A stretch of 64,000 nt of DNA from Octopus sinensis (GCF_006345805.1 NC_043008.1:15500001-15564000); one strand, 5' to 3'; positions 1-13,381 are shown, counted from the stretch's first letter. The notes: generated by a model from the sequence alone, not told the origin. A program made the numbers and translations.

Positions 1-82
1 CCGATTCGATTTCCACTCATTTACTTGTCTTTTCTCCTAAAATTTCGTGTCTTCTTGCAACCTCTTCAAAATTTGTTGACTC

Positions 83-127
<45 letters not shown>

Positions 128-195
128 TATATATATATACATATATATGTACATACGTATACACACATGTATATATGTGTATATATATTCATGTA

Positions 196-425
196 TGAGT
201 GTCTGTGTTTCTGAGTTTGTCCCCCATCATCACTTGACAACCGACGTTGGTGTGTTAACGCCCTCAGAACTTACTAGTTCAACAAAAGGGACGGATAGAA
301 TATGTACTAGGGTTACAAACAACAAGTCCTGCGGCTATTTCTTCGACTAGAACGCTTAAATCCACTGCTCCAGCATGGCTGCAGTCAAAATGACAGAAAC
401 AAACAAAGGAATAAAGGAATAAAAG
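196..425 (+). mobile_element. SINE family A 3' half (further partial copies at 13558-13645, 15686-15738, 30430-30575, 34781-34990, 45095-45292, 49836-50040)
   Basis: CTTGACAACCGA...CTCCAGCATGGCTGCAGTCAAA. Confidence 0.75.
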
Positions 426-457
426 TAAAACACCTTCTCCCATTCAAATCAAATATA

Positions 458-575
458 TATAAGGAGATGGTGAAATATTCCTGACTATAAAGGGTATCAC
501 AAATGGCCTGGTTGGAGACCCACCCTTCCGAAATCTTTTACAGGGCTTAGAATAACTGAAGGACCGCTCTAATCA
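458..575 (+). mobile_element. mariner-type terminal fragment
   Basis: TA followed by a TIR-like GGAGATGGTGAAATATTCCTGACT and a QGLE*LKDR-like remnant. Confidence 0.4.
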
Positions 576-2128
576 CATTTCATACGAATGTGGTTCTTCT
601 GCTTTTGGAAGATTATTTCAGGATCTATCACCCTTTGGGATACATACACTTGAAATAAATATTTAGTTCTACCCGCTACAGGCGCAAAGACAGCGAAACT
701 AAATGTGCACCCGATCCTCTTATAAGTGCATCTAGTCCCATTTCAATCGTGATTATGTACTTAACAATATCGAAGATGCAAATTGGGCGTAACCGCTTCA
801 ATGCCCATTTTCCAATTCCACAGGTACCTCGTCTTTTGGATCAGCAGATTGCTATATATGATTACATTTATCTCAGACTGTAAAATTTGGTGTGTCCTGG
901 GTTTATATAGGTCGGTGTCCCACACACTTCTTCCTATAAATCGAAGGTCTACCTGTCACTACCTTCAACAATGCATGCTCTTGCGAGGTTGATAACACCT
1001 TTAATTCTTCCTTAACTTCCCACAAACTAATGGAGAAACAGTAATCTCAACTAAATAATTTATTTCCTAATAGGCTAACAAATTAACTTTAGTCAGCCTG
1101 AACAACAAATCAAACAAATAATTCTAAATATATGCTTTTCTGCTACTATAGATGTGAACATATTTTGTCACGTTAATGTAATACATTACATAAAACCGGT
1201 CAATAACCATATGCTGCGCTATCTGGAATCTGATAATCGACACATCCATGTCCTCAATAAAAAGCTTACTGTAGCTGCTGCAGTGCCTTCAGAAATACAA
1301 TATAGATTCATATATTTTTTTATGGGTTTACTGGTTACTTATAATGTATTTCCTCATTATTTCCGTTATCAGTCGTGTTATTTATTCGTTGGACTAGTAA
1401 ACAACTGTTTGTGGTTGAAAGTATTTATTTTTCAAATCCTTGGATTACTTCTTAATTATTCATATTATTTTAAATGTTAGTTTATTTGGTTAAAATGAAC
1501 AAAAAAATAAATTCTTTATCTCGAGGAGTGGTGGCTACGTATAATGTACGTCGACAAAAACTGAATACAAATAGAAATGAATTGGTGATATTTACTGTGT
1601 TTTGGGATTGAGTGAAGACTTTTTATTATAATCACATCTCATGACATTTCAATTTTCATTAAAAAACAACACTCTGAAATCTATTACTTTTGCAGGCTTT
1701 TATCGTCGTAAATCTGTCATCTTATTAGGAAGTAGCAACGAGAGACGGAAAGAGAGAGAGAGAGAGAGAAAGAGAAAGAGAGAGAGAATGAGTAGTGATT
1801 GCTGCGCAATACGTGCTGGTGATTAAAAAGAGAAGAAATAGTCTACTCAGTGGAAAAGACTGATGGGACAAAACGAACGAATGCAAAGAAATATCTATCA
1901 GAGAAGGGAATTTAGTGTCCAGGACGAGGAGAAATAAGCAACGCTAAACAGACATGGCGCATTAATACGTGCAGATACAGATACGTGCATACACAAGTGT
2001 CACTCTTTGACTTGCGTGCAGATTGCTGTTGAAGTAGTGTTTTAGTAATACTGGTTGTTGATACCAGTTAATGGCGTGGTTACAGGAGAAATAATGACCT
2101 GATAGAGAAACTGTAGTTGTTTTCTTGA

Positions 2129-2360
2129 ATACAAAAATTGGCACGTCGTCGGCTTTGACGCCGTCGGCATTGACGCCGTCGGCTTTGACGCCGTCGGCTT
2201 TGACGCCGTCGGCTTTGACGCCGTCGGCATTGACGCCGTCGGCATTGACGCCGTCGGCATTGACGCCGTCGGCTTTGACGCCGTCGGCTTTGACGCCGTC
2301 GGCTTTGACGCCGTCGGCTTTGACGCTCGTCAAAACCGATGGTGTGCCAATTTTTTGTAT
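2129..2360. repeat. 12 x 15-bp GC-rich minisatellite enclosed by ~32-bp inverted arms
   Basis: (CCGTCGGC[A/T]TTGACG)n at 2146-2325; arms at 2129-2160 and 2328-2360. Confidence 0.95.
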
Positions 2361-2965
2361 TTTTAATCCAGTTGATCTGTTCAACAAAACAGCATGTTCG
2401 TGAAATTAGCGAGCAGGTGGCTGAGTAATCCACGCGTAAACTGAACCTAGTTCTAAGAGAGATTCAGCGTTACGCAGTACGTGGCAAGGTTGGCCTTTTG
2501 AAATACAAGTACTACTCATTTTTGCTTGCAGCAACGTGAAGTAAAGCGTCCTGCTCAAGGACAAAGTGGAATCGTTCTCACAACTTTACGTCCTTGAGTC
2601 GAATGCCCTAACCACAATGCCACGTGTATTCACTGTTTTCTTATGAAACTGAAATTGGATTTTGTTAAATCGTCGATAATCTAACGCATGCATCTCATTG
2701 CAAGTAATTGTCATCTTCAATTCGAGGAAGCTTAGCAGTTCCTACATTTCCTTGTTGTTGTTATATATGGGCAATGATAATTGACGGGAGCTAACAAAAT
2801 AAAGTGAGACCAAGTTTAGGGAACGAGTAGGACAGGGGTTGATGGATGAATTAATAGAATGAACAAAGGGGCAGAGAAGTGTTGAAGAAAATATATGAAC
2901 GAAATGAACACAAATTTCTATTTACAACGGAAGGGAGAAAGAGTTCAAAAATCATTGTGTGTATG

Positions 2966-3391
2966 TTTTTTTATTGTATTTTATCTAGTTTCAGCTCACG
3001 AGCTGTAGCCATGCTGGGGCACCGCCATTTGGTGTTGCTACATAATTTTACTTCACGAATGCTTTTTAGGAATTGGCATTTGGTGCATGAGAGAGCTTGA
3101 TGCAGCGAAGTTGGTTCATCTGATAGGAAGAGATCCAGCTTTATTTTGACAACATCTTCATCCACCCCATGCAGGTCTCTCAGGTCCTTCTGGAGGACAT
3201 TGAAGAACTGTCGACCTCTGAAGCCCAGGCTATTGCAGTGTCTTGTCCTACACATTCATGGCAAAATTGTAGTCCTTAGCACTATGCAGTGGCGCACAGT
3301 TCTAGTATTTGTGTAACTCTCGATGCCAAAGTTTGGGACAAGTCCTTCCAGAATCTTCCAGATGTATATTATGGCATATCTTTCTCGCCTG
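2966..3391 (-). mobile_element. 3' end of a CR1/L2-group LINE
   Basis: Minus-strand translation RRERYAIIYIWKILEGLVPNFGI...NSLGFRGRQFFNVLQKDLRDLHGVDEDVVKIKLDLFLSDEP; tail GGCGGTGCCCCAGCATGGCTACAGC. Confidence 0.8.
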
Positions 3392-5030
3392 TTAGTTTTG
3401 GACAACCATATTATTTTCACGGGGCCATCTGGAACTCAATTTAATCTAAACACTTACGTATACGGTACAATAACTATATGAAAAATAGTGACAGTTTCAA
3501 CAATAAAATCAAATAAAATTCCATCTACTCTTACAATAGTTTGAGTATGGTGCATTTAAAACTGGAGTTACAGATATATTTACTAATAATGTTAAATCCA
3601 ACATGTCTATTCTTATTTTGATGAATATCATTCCTTCAGTGGACACTTGTTTCTATTTCTCTTCCAATTTTTACCATTTTCATAACACCTATATGTTGCT
3701 GTGCGTTCTTATTTTAGCCACTATAACCGTTCTGCTTTATCCCATTTAATACATATGGCTGCTTTCTTGTTAATAATGCAATATGGATGTATAACAGTTC
3801 TTTATTCATCACCTTACTTATCGGAGAAAATTCATATGAATTCTGTAATCAAATTATGTATTTCACATGGAAAAATAATACCACCGGATCGATTCTGATA
3901 TTTTACAGACGTTAGTGAATAGAAATCGGTTCTGAAATCTAATGAACTGTTAGATGTAATCAAATCACTTGCACGTATTGTGTGAAAATGTATTTTTGTG
4001 ATAAAAATAATCTTGATATGGCAATACCTTATATTTTTTTAATTAATTTCTAAAGGGACTAGCTGTTTTCAGACAGGAGATATCCCTTAAGATAATCATT
4101 GTAACATTACAGAAATAATCTTTCTATTATGTTCTTCGAATAGACGAGGAACAAAGAAAGGAATAGAAAAAGAATGAAACAAAGAAATAAAAGAAATGAA
4201 TGAAATACTGAAATAGAAATATAAAAATCTGGTTACTATAATAAAAAAAAAGGAACAATAATTTGTGAGAGAAGAAGAATATTTCAAATGCAATTAAGGT
4301 AGTGCAGAAATAAATTTTCTGTCAGAGGATTTATTGAGGAATAAAACAGAAATATAAATGAAATATCAAAATAATTAAAATTTTCATGACATGTTTTATA
4401 AAATCTGTTGAAATCTCGTAGAAAGGTTATTGAAATAGCTATAATATCGATTGGTAAAAAAAAAATGAAATAACTAAAAACAATAAAGCAGCATAAAGCA
4501 ATGAGACCCAAGTAAACATTTATTGGAAAAACCAATATTGTTCATCGTTCGTCAAATGTGAACAACTTCTGGGAAGAAATGCGAAATACGTCGTACATTT
4601 ATTTGCTGCTCACTTTTTTTTTCGAGGGGCCATAACATACGGCACACTGACGACACGTAGTTACTTGATCTTCTGGAAATAGAAGCCAAATCTTCGAATA
4701 AAAACCTTACTGAATTATACAAAAGAACATGGATACTGTTATGTCGCACGTTCGGATGGTCTCTACTACTCTATTCTAGTCTGAACTCTGACGTCTAGGC
4801 TTCTCCCACTATATCTACGTATTGGGCTAGCCTACTTCATCGTCAGGGGGCGTCCACACAACAGATACACTACATCGTACGTTACAATCTTAGATACCAT
4901 TTACCTGACAAACAAGAGGCGATTGCCATGACTGAAATTTCTTTCGATAATGCATAAGTTCAATAATGACGAATATCAGCCCAGACTGCAACATACACAC
5001 AGAACATCACATCATTATTTCACAAGTAAA

Positions 5031-5248
5031 AGGCAGTGAGCTAGCAGAATCTTTAGCGCGCCGGGCGAAATGCTTAGCAGCATTTCGTCTGCCTTGACGT
5101 CCTGAGTTCAAATCTGCCGAGGTCGACTTTGGCTTTTATCCTTTCGGGGTCGATTAATTAAGTACCAGTGAAACACTGGGGTCGATGTATTCGACTAGTC
5201 TCCTTCCACAAAATGTTAGGCCTTGTGCCTTTAGTAGAAAGGATTATT
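5031..5248 (+). mobile_element. tRNA-derived SINE family C (Meta-like central domain), monomer; other monomers or fragments at 15806-15992, 24280-24425, 29460-29770, 52665-52863, 54855-54958, 58375-58480, 61075-61150
   Basis: GGTCGACTTTG(G/C)CTTT(T/C)ATCCTTTCGGGGTCGAT..ATTAAGTACCAG core following an A/B-box head. Confidence 0.8.
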
Positions 5249-5573
5249 TCACAAGAAATATTTCGTTACCAAGATTCTACAGCCGGTTTATTTTACATCT
5301 GACTTCTGTTTCTGTCTCCCTCTGTCTGTCTAATGTCTGTCTCTGTCTCCCTCTGTCACTCTGTGTCTTTCGCTGTCTCTGTCTCTCTGTCACTCTTCTC
5401 TCTCCTTTCTCAAATTCTGCTAATGATTCTGTTGGTGTGTTAGCTCCTCTTGTTGCTTGGAAATTCGCTACATACACGTATTCACTATTCAGATATCATT
5501 TTGTTTGCAGGGAACAAAAACCATGACATTAGGATATAAGATTGAACAACAAATCCATTCCTTTTATCCATAC

Positions 5574-5736
5574 AGGCGCAGAAGTGGCCGTGAGGTAAGA
5601 AGTTTTATTTCCGACCACATAGTTTCGGGTTCAGTTCTTCTGTGTTGAATCTTGGAAAAATGTTTTCTACTATAATCTCCAACCGACCAAAGACATGTGA
5701 GTGAATTTGATAGACGGAAACTGAAAGAACCTCGTC

Positions 5737-5788
<52 letters not shown>

Positions 5789-5958
5789 TTTATAGAAGGA
5801 GCTTCTACAGGACTAGAACTGTTTCATTCAAATGAAATCATCATTTGAATGAAACAGTTCTAGTCCTGTAGAAGCTCCTTCTATAAAATAAATTAATTTA
5901 CTCTGCTATGTATTGAGTACCTTATTTACTGTGGTTAACCCCGACTCAACCCGGGACC

Positions 5959-6043
<85 letters not shown>

Positions 6044-6201
6044 TTATGCACGTGCGTGTGTGTGTGTCTGGGGCTCTATTTATCCCCACCACCACTTGAC
6101 AACTGGTATCAGAGTGTTTACGTCCCGGCAATGACCAATAGAATGAGTACAGGGCTTGAAAGAAAAGTATTAAAAAGGCGGAGCTCCAGTTTGGACGCAG
6201 T
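5574..6201 (+). mobile_element. SINE family A interrupted by a fold-back insert
   Basis: Head at 5574-5738, tail at 6060-6201. Confidence 0.8.
5783..5961 (+). mobile_element. Fold-back PLE-terminus-like insert in the (TA)n of a SINE
   Basis: Perfect ~53 bp inverted repeat (5783-5835 / 5841-5893) plus a ~68 bp tail; sibling at 12146-12246. Confidence 0.75.
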
Positions 6202-6354
6202 ATAGGATGTCTGTGTGTAGCAGAACAATTGTTCCATCTGTGGCCAGAATTCTCACATGTGATTGTGCCTGGATTTTTTGCGCGCGGTTACTAGTTGTTG
6301 AACGCTGTTGTGTTTTCTGCTTTCGGATCAAACGCTAATCCTTCTGAAGCAGAT

Positions 6355-6705
6355 GTTATGTCAAGTCGGTAGTCTAGCCCCTCTCAAACATGCTGCAGCA
6401 TGTCTTGGGTAACAGTCACCAGTGCGGTAGTGATTCTCTACTTGAGTTCCTCTAGGTGTGCAGGAAGAGGGGGTACATAAACCATGCCCTTTATATAGCT
6501 CCATGTTTGCGCTTTCGCTTGTCATCTCTCGTTGTGGTCTGAACGAACAGCAGCTTGTAGAGTTTCATTAGCAAACGTTTCCCCAGGACGCGCCAAATGT
6601 CGTTAGAGTAATCTGGTTTTCCAGACTTATTTTTCTTATGAACTTCTTGGGGCTTCGCAAGAGCTTTTGGCGAACCTGCTCGACCCTCTCTTCCGATGTT
6701 AGTGG
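6355..6705 (-). mobile_element. Internally deleted Tc1/mariner transposase remnant
   Basis: IWRVLGKRLLMKLYKLLFVQ joined to WSYIKGMVYVPPLPAHLEELK*RITTALVTVTQDML. Confidence 0.75.
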
Positions 6706-6707
6706 CC

Positions 6708-6753
<46 letters not shown>

Positions 6754-6757
<4 letters not shown>

Positions 6758-7049
6758 CAGTATCGCCCGGCGTTGCTCGGGTTTGTAAGGGAAATAACTA
6801 TATAAGCATTTTTAGAGAGTTGTAGCCCAAAAATAGCAAAAAAATGCATTAAAAATGGGAAAAAAATGATGGTAAATTTTTTTTAAATCGTAGACTCATC
6901 ATAGACGCGCGCTAATACCCAGAAGGGCTCGATATGAATCACGACTATAAGATACCCGCTTTTGGTTAAACTGCACCGCAAAATGTGGGTGTAGTTAGGA
7001 ATCTAAATCGTAGGAGACAGACACACAAACTCACTTTTATATATAAAGA
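6754..7049 (-). mobile_element. Non-autonomous Helitron
   Basis: Minus strand begins a|TCTTTATATATAAAAGTG and ends with the hairpin CCCGAGCAACGCCGGG then ...TGCTAA|t (CTRR). Confidence 0.75.
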
Positions 7050-7914
7050 TATTCCCTTACATAGGAAGTAAGCGTCATCAATTAAGCGTAAGTGTACAGA
7101 AAGTGAGACCATAGACGGCTCAGTATCCGTTGAATTCATTTCGTCTCTCTTATGTAAGGTAAGCATTAAATACATTAATAGTTTCTGTTACCACCGGCAA
7201 CATATAAAGTATTTGTTCCTAATTAAAAAAGTACAGAAAGTAATTAGTTTCTTCTAGTAACGTGTAAAATGGAGCTAAAATAATAATAATTATATGCATG
7301 TTTAAGTAATTTGCCATATACTACCGTCCTTCTTATTGAGTTTCCTCTTTGGTTCAACGTAGAGTTGACAGAAAACACAAACCTCATAAAATCAATGCTT
7401 GCTCTCATACACATCGCAATAGTATATTACAGCAAGGTAACGGTTCTTGTTAAGCTATTGTAATAAATAAAGTTAATTATATTTATGCATCGCAGTAAAG
7501 TACAACATCCTATTAGGTACTAACTGAAGATGCAATGGTCAGATTTTAATTGCCTGCTCTCAGTTTCTCGAAGAATGTCTACACAGCAGAGTAAAGAAAT
7601 AAAACATCTGTACATTATCTTCCATATGTACAATAGTTAAAAAGTGGATTTCTTCACTTTCCAAAGCTGGTGCCAATCATGTGGTAGTCTTAAGAATCAT
7701 TCTGAAGAATAACGACAACGCAGGATAGACACTATCCATTGTATTATACGTCTTACGTATCAAGTCAGGAAGACCGCTTTTACACAATCATTTAACCTTT
7801 TAGAAGTAGTAAGCGAATCGCTCTCCCGGGTCACACTCTATGATTTTCAAGGATACATCGCATGGCTTAGTCTATTAAGATATGGCTTTAGGTCAGCGCA
7901 TTGGGCGGCACGAA

Positions 7915-8233
7915 GTTCAGGTCTTTATTATAGCTTCGGCACTGAGATGCGGGAATTCCGAGGTGCTAAATTTGAGGGCCTGTCATGAGGGGCGGTTCAG
8001 GTCTTTATTATAGCCTCGGCACTGAGATGCGGGAATTCCGAGGTGCTAACTTTGAGGGCCTATCATGAGGGGCGGTTCAGGTCTTTATTATAGCCTCGGC
8101 ACTGAAATACGGGAATTCCGAGGTGCTAACTTTGAGGGCCTGTCATGAGGGGCAGTTCAGGTCTTTATTATAGCCTCGGTACTGAGATACGGGAATTCCG
8201 ATGCGCTAACTTTGAGGGCCTGTCATGAGGGGC
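7915..8233. repeat. 4 x 80-bp tandem repeat
   Basis: GTTCAG ends at 7920, 8000, 8080 and 8160. Confidence 0.95.
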
Positions 8234-9399
8234 TTTTCTTCGCCGGTTCCCTTTTCATGTAGAATATTCTCATGAATTTCTCCTGCCGCTTTTCTACAGC
8301 AATTCCTGATTTTTACTGGGCCAGGTTGCTGGTCCGGCGCCGAACCCTTCCTCCTGCTTAGGTACCGGCATCAGAGAAGTTCTTAGTCTTATAATTCCCT
8401 AACAATGTAATAGCAACCGAGCGAAATATTTTAGCTGAGCGCTGATGTATCATGGTATATAGTAATTTGCTCCAGGGCACATTATACCGCCCGGGGCGAG
8501 TATCGACCTCACGTCTTTAAGATCATATGGCCAATAGGAAAATATCTAAGCAATACCCCTTTGATGGTTTAAATGACTATGGTATGTCAACTCAGTGAGT
8601 ATTAATGGTTGCCTGGGACTAATAAGAACAATAAAACCTGCAACATTTTCTGGCTAAACCTTCAGCATTGATTCATGTGACCTTGTACCAAATGTCAAAA
8701 CTTATAACTGGAAATCCCTATAGTGAGATATGAAATTGCTCTTCATACATCAACAACATATTGAAAACTCACCTATCAATATCTAATCAACACGGGTTAT
8801 GGCTTCTCAATTTGCCAGAAAGAAATTATGTTTATTCACGATAGAGAAGTTTTATGCCATGCTCAACGAATTCTCAATAAACAAATACATAAACTTGCTG
8901 CAAAAAACAAACAAATATAATATACACATAGATAAGACACATATCGTTATATTTACATTGCAATGGATGTTTCTAATCGATACTCTGTTTCATTTCTCCC
9001 CTACAGTATTCCATATTCTAAATCTTTCTTTGCGGTCCATAAGTGAAAAGAGATGAGGAAACATACCGCAAGATTTTGTGGTAATAAATAAGGTTACTTA
9101 TCAGCTATGTACATATCCTATGTGGAGTATAATCTATTTTATGTTTGTACATGTTTTTTTGTGCATTATATCATGGAAAATATACTGCAAAATATATATA
9201 TATATATGTATATACATGCATGTATAAATAGAGAAATACTATTGGCATGAAATGAATTTTGAGAAGATGTTGTTTATCTTTCTGGTACTCAATATAGGAA
9301 ATACAGTTACAGATCTTCATAAGATATAAATCTATTACGGATCGTATTATCATACCAAATTAAGGAATTTTATCTATTCCATAGGCATCTCTGTTATAT

Positions 9400-9448
<49 letters not shown>

Positions 9449-9743
9449 CATATATATATATTTATATATGTATGTATATATGTATATATATAAATGTATA
9501 CATATGTATATAATTATACATATATGTACATATATGTATATATATGTATATATATGTATAAATATATATGTGTATGTATATGTATATATATATATAAATA
9601 AATATATATATATACATATATCTATCTTTTTATGTCTATGTCCCGACCTCTCCTACTTTCTCTGTTTATAGACACTCACCCATACACATGCGCAAATACG
9701 CATCTATCTAACTATCTATCTATCTATCTATCTGTATATATAT

Positions 9744-9834
<91 letters not shown>

Positions 9835-10242
9835 TATGTATGTATGTATCTCTGTATATCCGTGGTAGGACTTCTCATACGTTAACTGCGTTCTGCTATT
9901 ACAGCTCATGTTATAACAGTGACTATCTGTGGTGCATTATTATGATAAATACAAGATTGAAACAGATAGCCATTTTGTAGTATTTTGTAAATAGCGTGTT
10001 TAACTTGCATATAATGATGCTGCACAAAAAAGGGTGAGGAGTAGAAATTCGACATTAAGTAGATAACTAATCGAATTTCGACCTAGCAATTACGACTGTT
10101 CTGTATATAATATAATATTGATCAGTCGCTGCTCTGCAGTTGTGTTGTAAATGTTTGATGGACTAGTAGGAAATTAAGAATACTGAGAACTAAACAAAAC
10201 CAGAGATGTGATAGTGAGAGACTGAGTGAGAGTCGGAGAGAG

Positions 10243-10283
<41 letters not shown>

Positions 10284-10535
10284 AGAGAGAGAGGGAGAGA
10301 GAGAGTGGTAAAGATAAACAGAATGAGAGAGGGTAAACAGACAATCATGCATTGTGAGTCAAAAAGATTTAGAGACGGAGAAGAAATAGAAGGGGCAAAT
10401 ATTAAGTTGGCGTTGTAGAGTTTCACCGCAGGCTTGTTTGCGGTGGAACAGTGAAAATTCCAATAGACTTCGGTGGAAGACTGAAAGTTAGCAGAAGGGA
10501 AAAAAAAGGTGCATTAACAAAGGTTGTATGCTCTT

Positions 10536-10775
<240 letters not shown>

Positions 10776-10892
10776 ATATGTATCTTTCTCTGTCTGTCTG
10801 CCTATCTCTGTAGATATATATATGCTTGCATTCGTATGCAAAGGTGGATGAAAATATATATATCAATATACAAGTCTATTGATATACAGAAT

Positions 10893-10928
<36 letters not shown>

Positions 10929-11214
10929 TAACACACACACATGTTTTTCTGCGCGTGTGCATTTCTATTTGTCGTTCTGACAAACGGTAAAGTATTGCAA
11001 CAAATCGCCAGGTCTCTAATTTCCTTTCCGTGAAAACGCTAAATGGTCTTGAAACGTAGGAGGAATATAGTAGGAAACAAATCATGCACATCTGATACAG
11101 AGAATAGAAGACATCCTTAATAAAAGACACAATTATATTTTGCTTTAGAGATTTATATATATGTGTATATATACATATATTTGTATATAAACACACACAT
11201 ATATATATTTTTTA

Positions 11215-11422
11215 AAGTTTTATTTTTAGATTGCTGGTTGCAACCAATGGCTAGGGCCATGCTGGAGCGTCGCCTTCCAGTGTATTGCGGTTTCTTTTCT
11301 GTACTGTTCATGATGAAGTGTCAAGTTGGACGGAATCACCCCAATTTGCGACTCCTGCCGCGATGTTGATTCATCTGCAATTTCAGAGACACATTGCCCA
11401 AATATTTTGTGAAGACATCCAC
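11215..11422 (-). mobile_element. Older CR1-like LINE 3' fragment
   Basis: Similar tail (GGCGACGCTCCAGCATGGCC) and a VDVFTK..L-like remnant. Confidence 0.5.
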
Positions 11423-11423
11423 T

Positions 11424-11741
<318 letters not shown>

Positions 11742-11742
11742 A

Positions 11743-12111
11743 GGCGCTGGAGTGGCAGAGTGGTAAGAAGCTTGCCTCCCAACCATATGATTGTGAGTTT
11801 AGTCACACTGCGTGTCACCTTGGTTAACTGCCTTCTACAAAAGCGTTACAGGCCAAAACCTTTGGGAATGGAATTGGTAGGCGGAAGATGTGTGTGTGTA
11901 TGTTTGTGTGCGTGCGTGCGTGCGTGTGTATATATGTGTTTCTGTTTCTTTGTTTGACCCCCCTCCAACCATTGCTTGACAACAGATTTTGGTATGCTTA
12001 CGTCTCCGTAACTTATTGGTTCGGCAAAAGAGACCGTTAGAATAAGTACTAGGCTTACAAACAGGGGCGATAACAAATAACAAGTAAAGGAACAAAGATA
12101 AAAAAATAAAA

Positions 12112-12112
<1 letters not shown>
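11743..12112 (+). mobile_element. SINE family A, diverged
   Basis: GGCGCTGGAGTGGCAGAGTGGTAAG head and family body. Confidence 0.8.
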
Positions 12113-12145
<33 letters not shown>

Positions 12146-12148
<3 letters not shown>

Positions 12149-12243
12149 GGTCCCGGGTTGATTCGGGGTTAACCACAGTAAATAAGGTACTCAATACATA
12201 GCAGAGTAAAATTAATTTATTATATAGAAGGTCTATATAATAA

Positions 12244-12246
<3 letters not shown>
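12146..12246 (-). mobile_element. Shorter sibling of the 5783-5961 element
   Basis: GTAGGTCCCGGGTTGATTCGGGGTTAACCACAG... is the near-exact reverse complement of 5880-5961; ends in a small hairpin; lies in (TA)n. Confidence 0.8.
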
Positions 12247-12334
<88 letters not shown>

Positions 12335-12948
12335 GCTGTAAAATTAAAATTATCAAAAAACTGTTACTCAGATTTCCACGTTCCCGTTCTTTGGACAATC
12401 ATGTTGAATATTCACCTAATCACTAAAGAAATGATGTACATGCAGAAAAAGAGAAGGTTAGATGTAAGTTGAAGGAAGGAGACAGTGGAAAGAGAAGCAA
12501 CATGGTGAGGTTGGACTACAATTAAATTATCACTTGTATATGAATATCCTCTCCACAGTATAGCTACTTCGAGTTGAATACTACCTCTATTATATAAATA
12601 TATTAGAAAAATCATATAAGCTGTTGCTAGAAAGGTATTAAGCAACATATCCACAGTGAAATTAATTCATTAGCTTTTGCTTGATCCCCGTGCTTAGAGA
12701 TTATGTACATATTGTGTGTGTCAGCAGGAAAAGAAATATTGCCGTTACTGTGAAATATAGCGCGAGCATTGTGTCTTAGTTATTCATATTTTAAAATGCA
12801 AATCAATATTGGATTTTACAAACACGTTGAAATTTATACAAGTGTAAGCGTATAGAGTTGTGTAAATAGATTGAAGCAATAACGTTTCATAGCCATCACC
12901 TGCGTTACAAAGCTCGCAGCCTATGATATGCTTACTAAGAGGGATTTA

Positions 12949-13381
12949 GGATCTTTTCGGTTTGACCGACAGTTTTTCGTAGTGGTGTCATATGAAATTG
13001 TCGCCCATAATTATGACCCTCGTATCGATCTATTGCATTTCAATCTGTTTTAGGGTTAGGGTTAGATTAGGTTTAGTTAGGGTTATGGTTAGGGGTGGGG
13101 GAAGGGTATCTTTTTTTCTTCAGATATGTAAATAAACCCAATGTGTTTTTTAAACGAAGGTCATATTCATACGGCACAGAATGTTTTCACCTCAATAGAC
13201 GTCATTGATTTGTTGAAATTGCAGAAATTGAAGAAAAAAAACAACAAACTATAGAATTTTCTCAATAAAGCCAAGAGAAAAAGATGTTTTATAGACACAT
13301 TCTACCAGTATACGAAGTTTAAAAGTGTTTAGTTGCGTGGAAATTATTTAAAAAAAACTGCCGTTCAAACCGAAAAGATCC
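12949..13381. mobile_element. MITE with ~29 bp TIRs, 8-bp TSD and an internal degenerate (TTAGGG)n
   Basis: TIRs GGATCTTTTCGGTTTGACCGACAGTTTTT / AAAAACTGCCGTTCAAACCGAAAAGATCC; GGGATTTA at 12941-12948 and 13382-13389. Confidence 0.9.

Noticed and set aside
1962-2433. KADGV / LTPSA / RRRQS repeat ORFs (protamine- or antifreeze-like look)
   Set aside because: All frames are open only because of a stop-free 15-bp repeat tied to a SINE tail
7915-8233. CRISPR-like regularity in the 80-bp, 34-bp and 15-bp repeats
   Set aside because: No unique spacers, no cas genes, eukaryotic context
13050-13095. True telomere or chromosome fusion site
   Set aside because: Short, degenerate and internal to a TIR element
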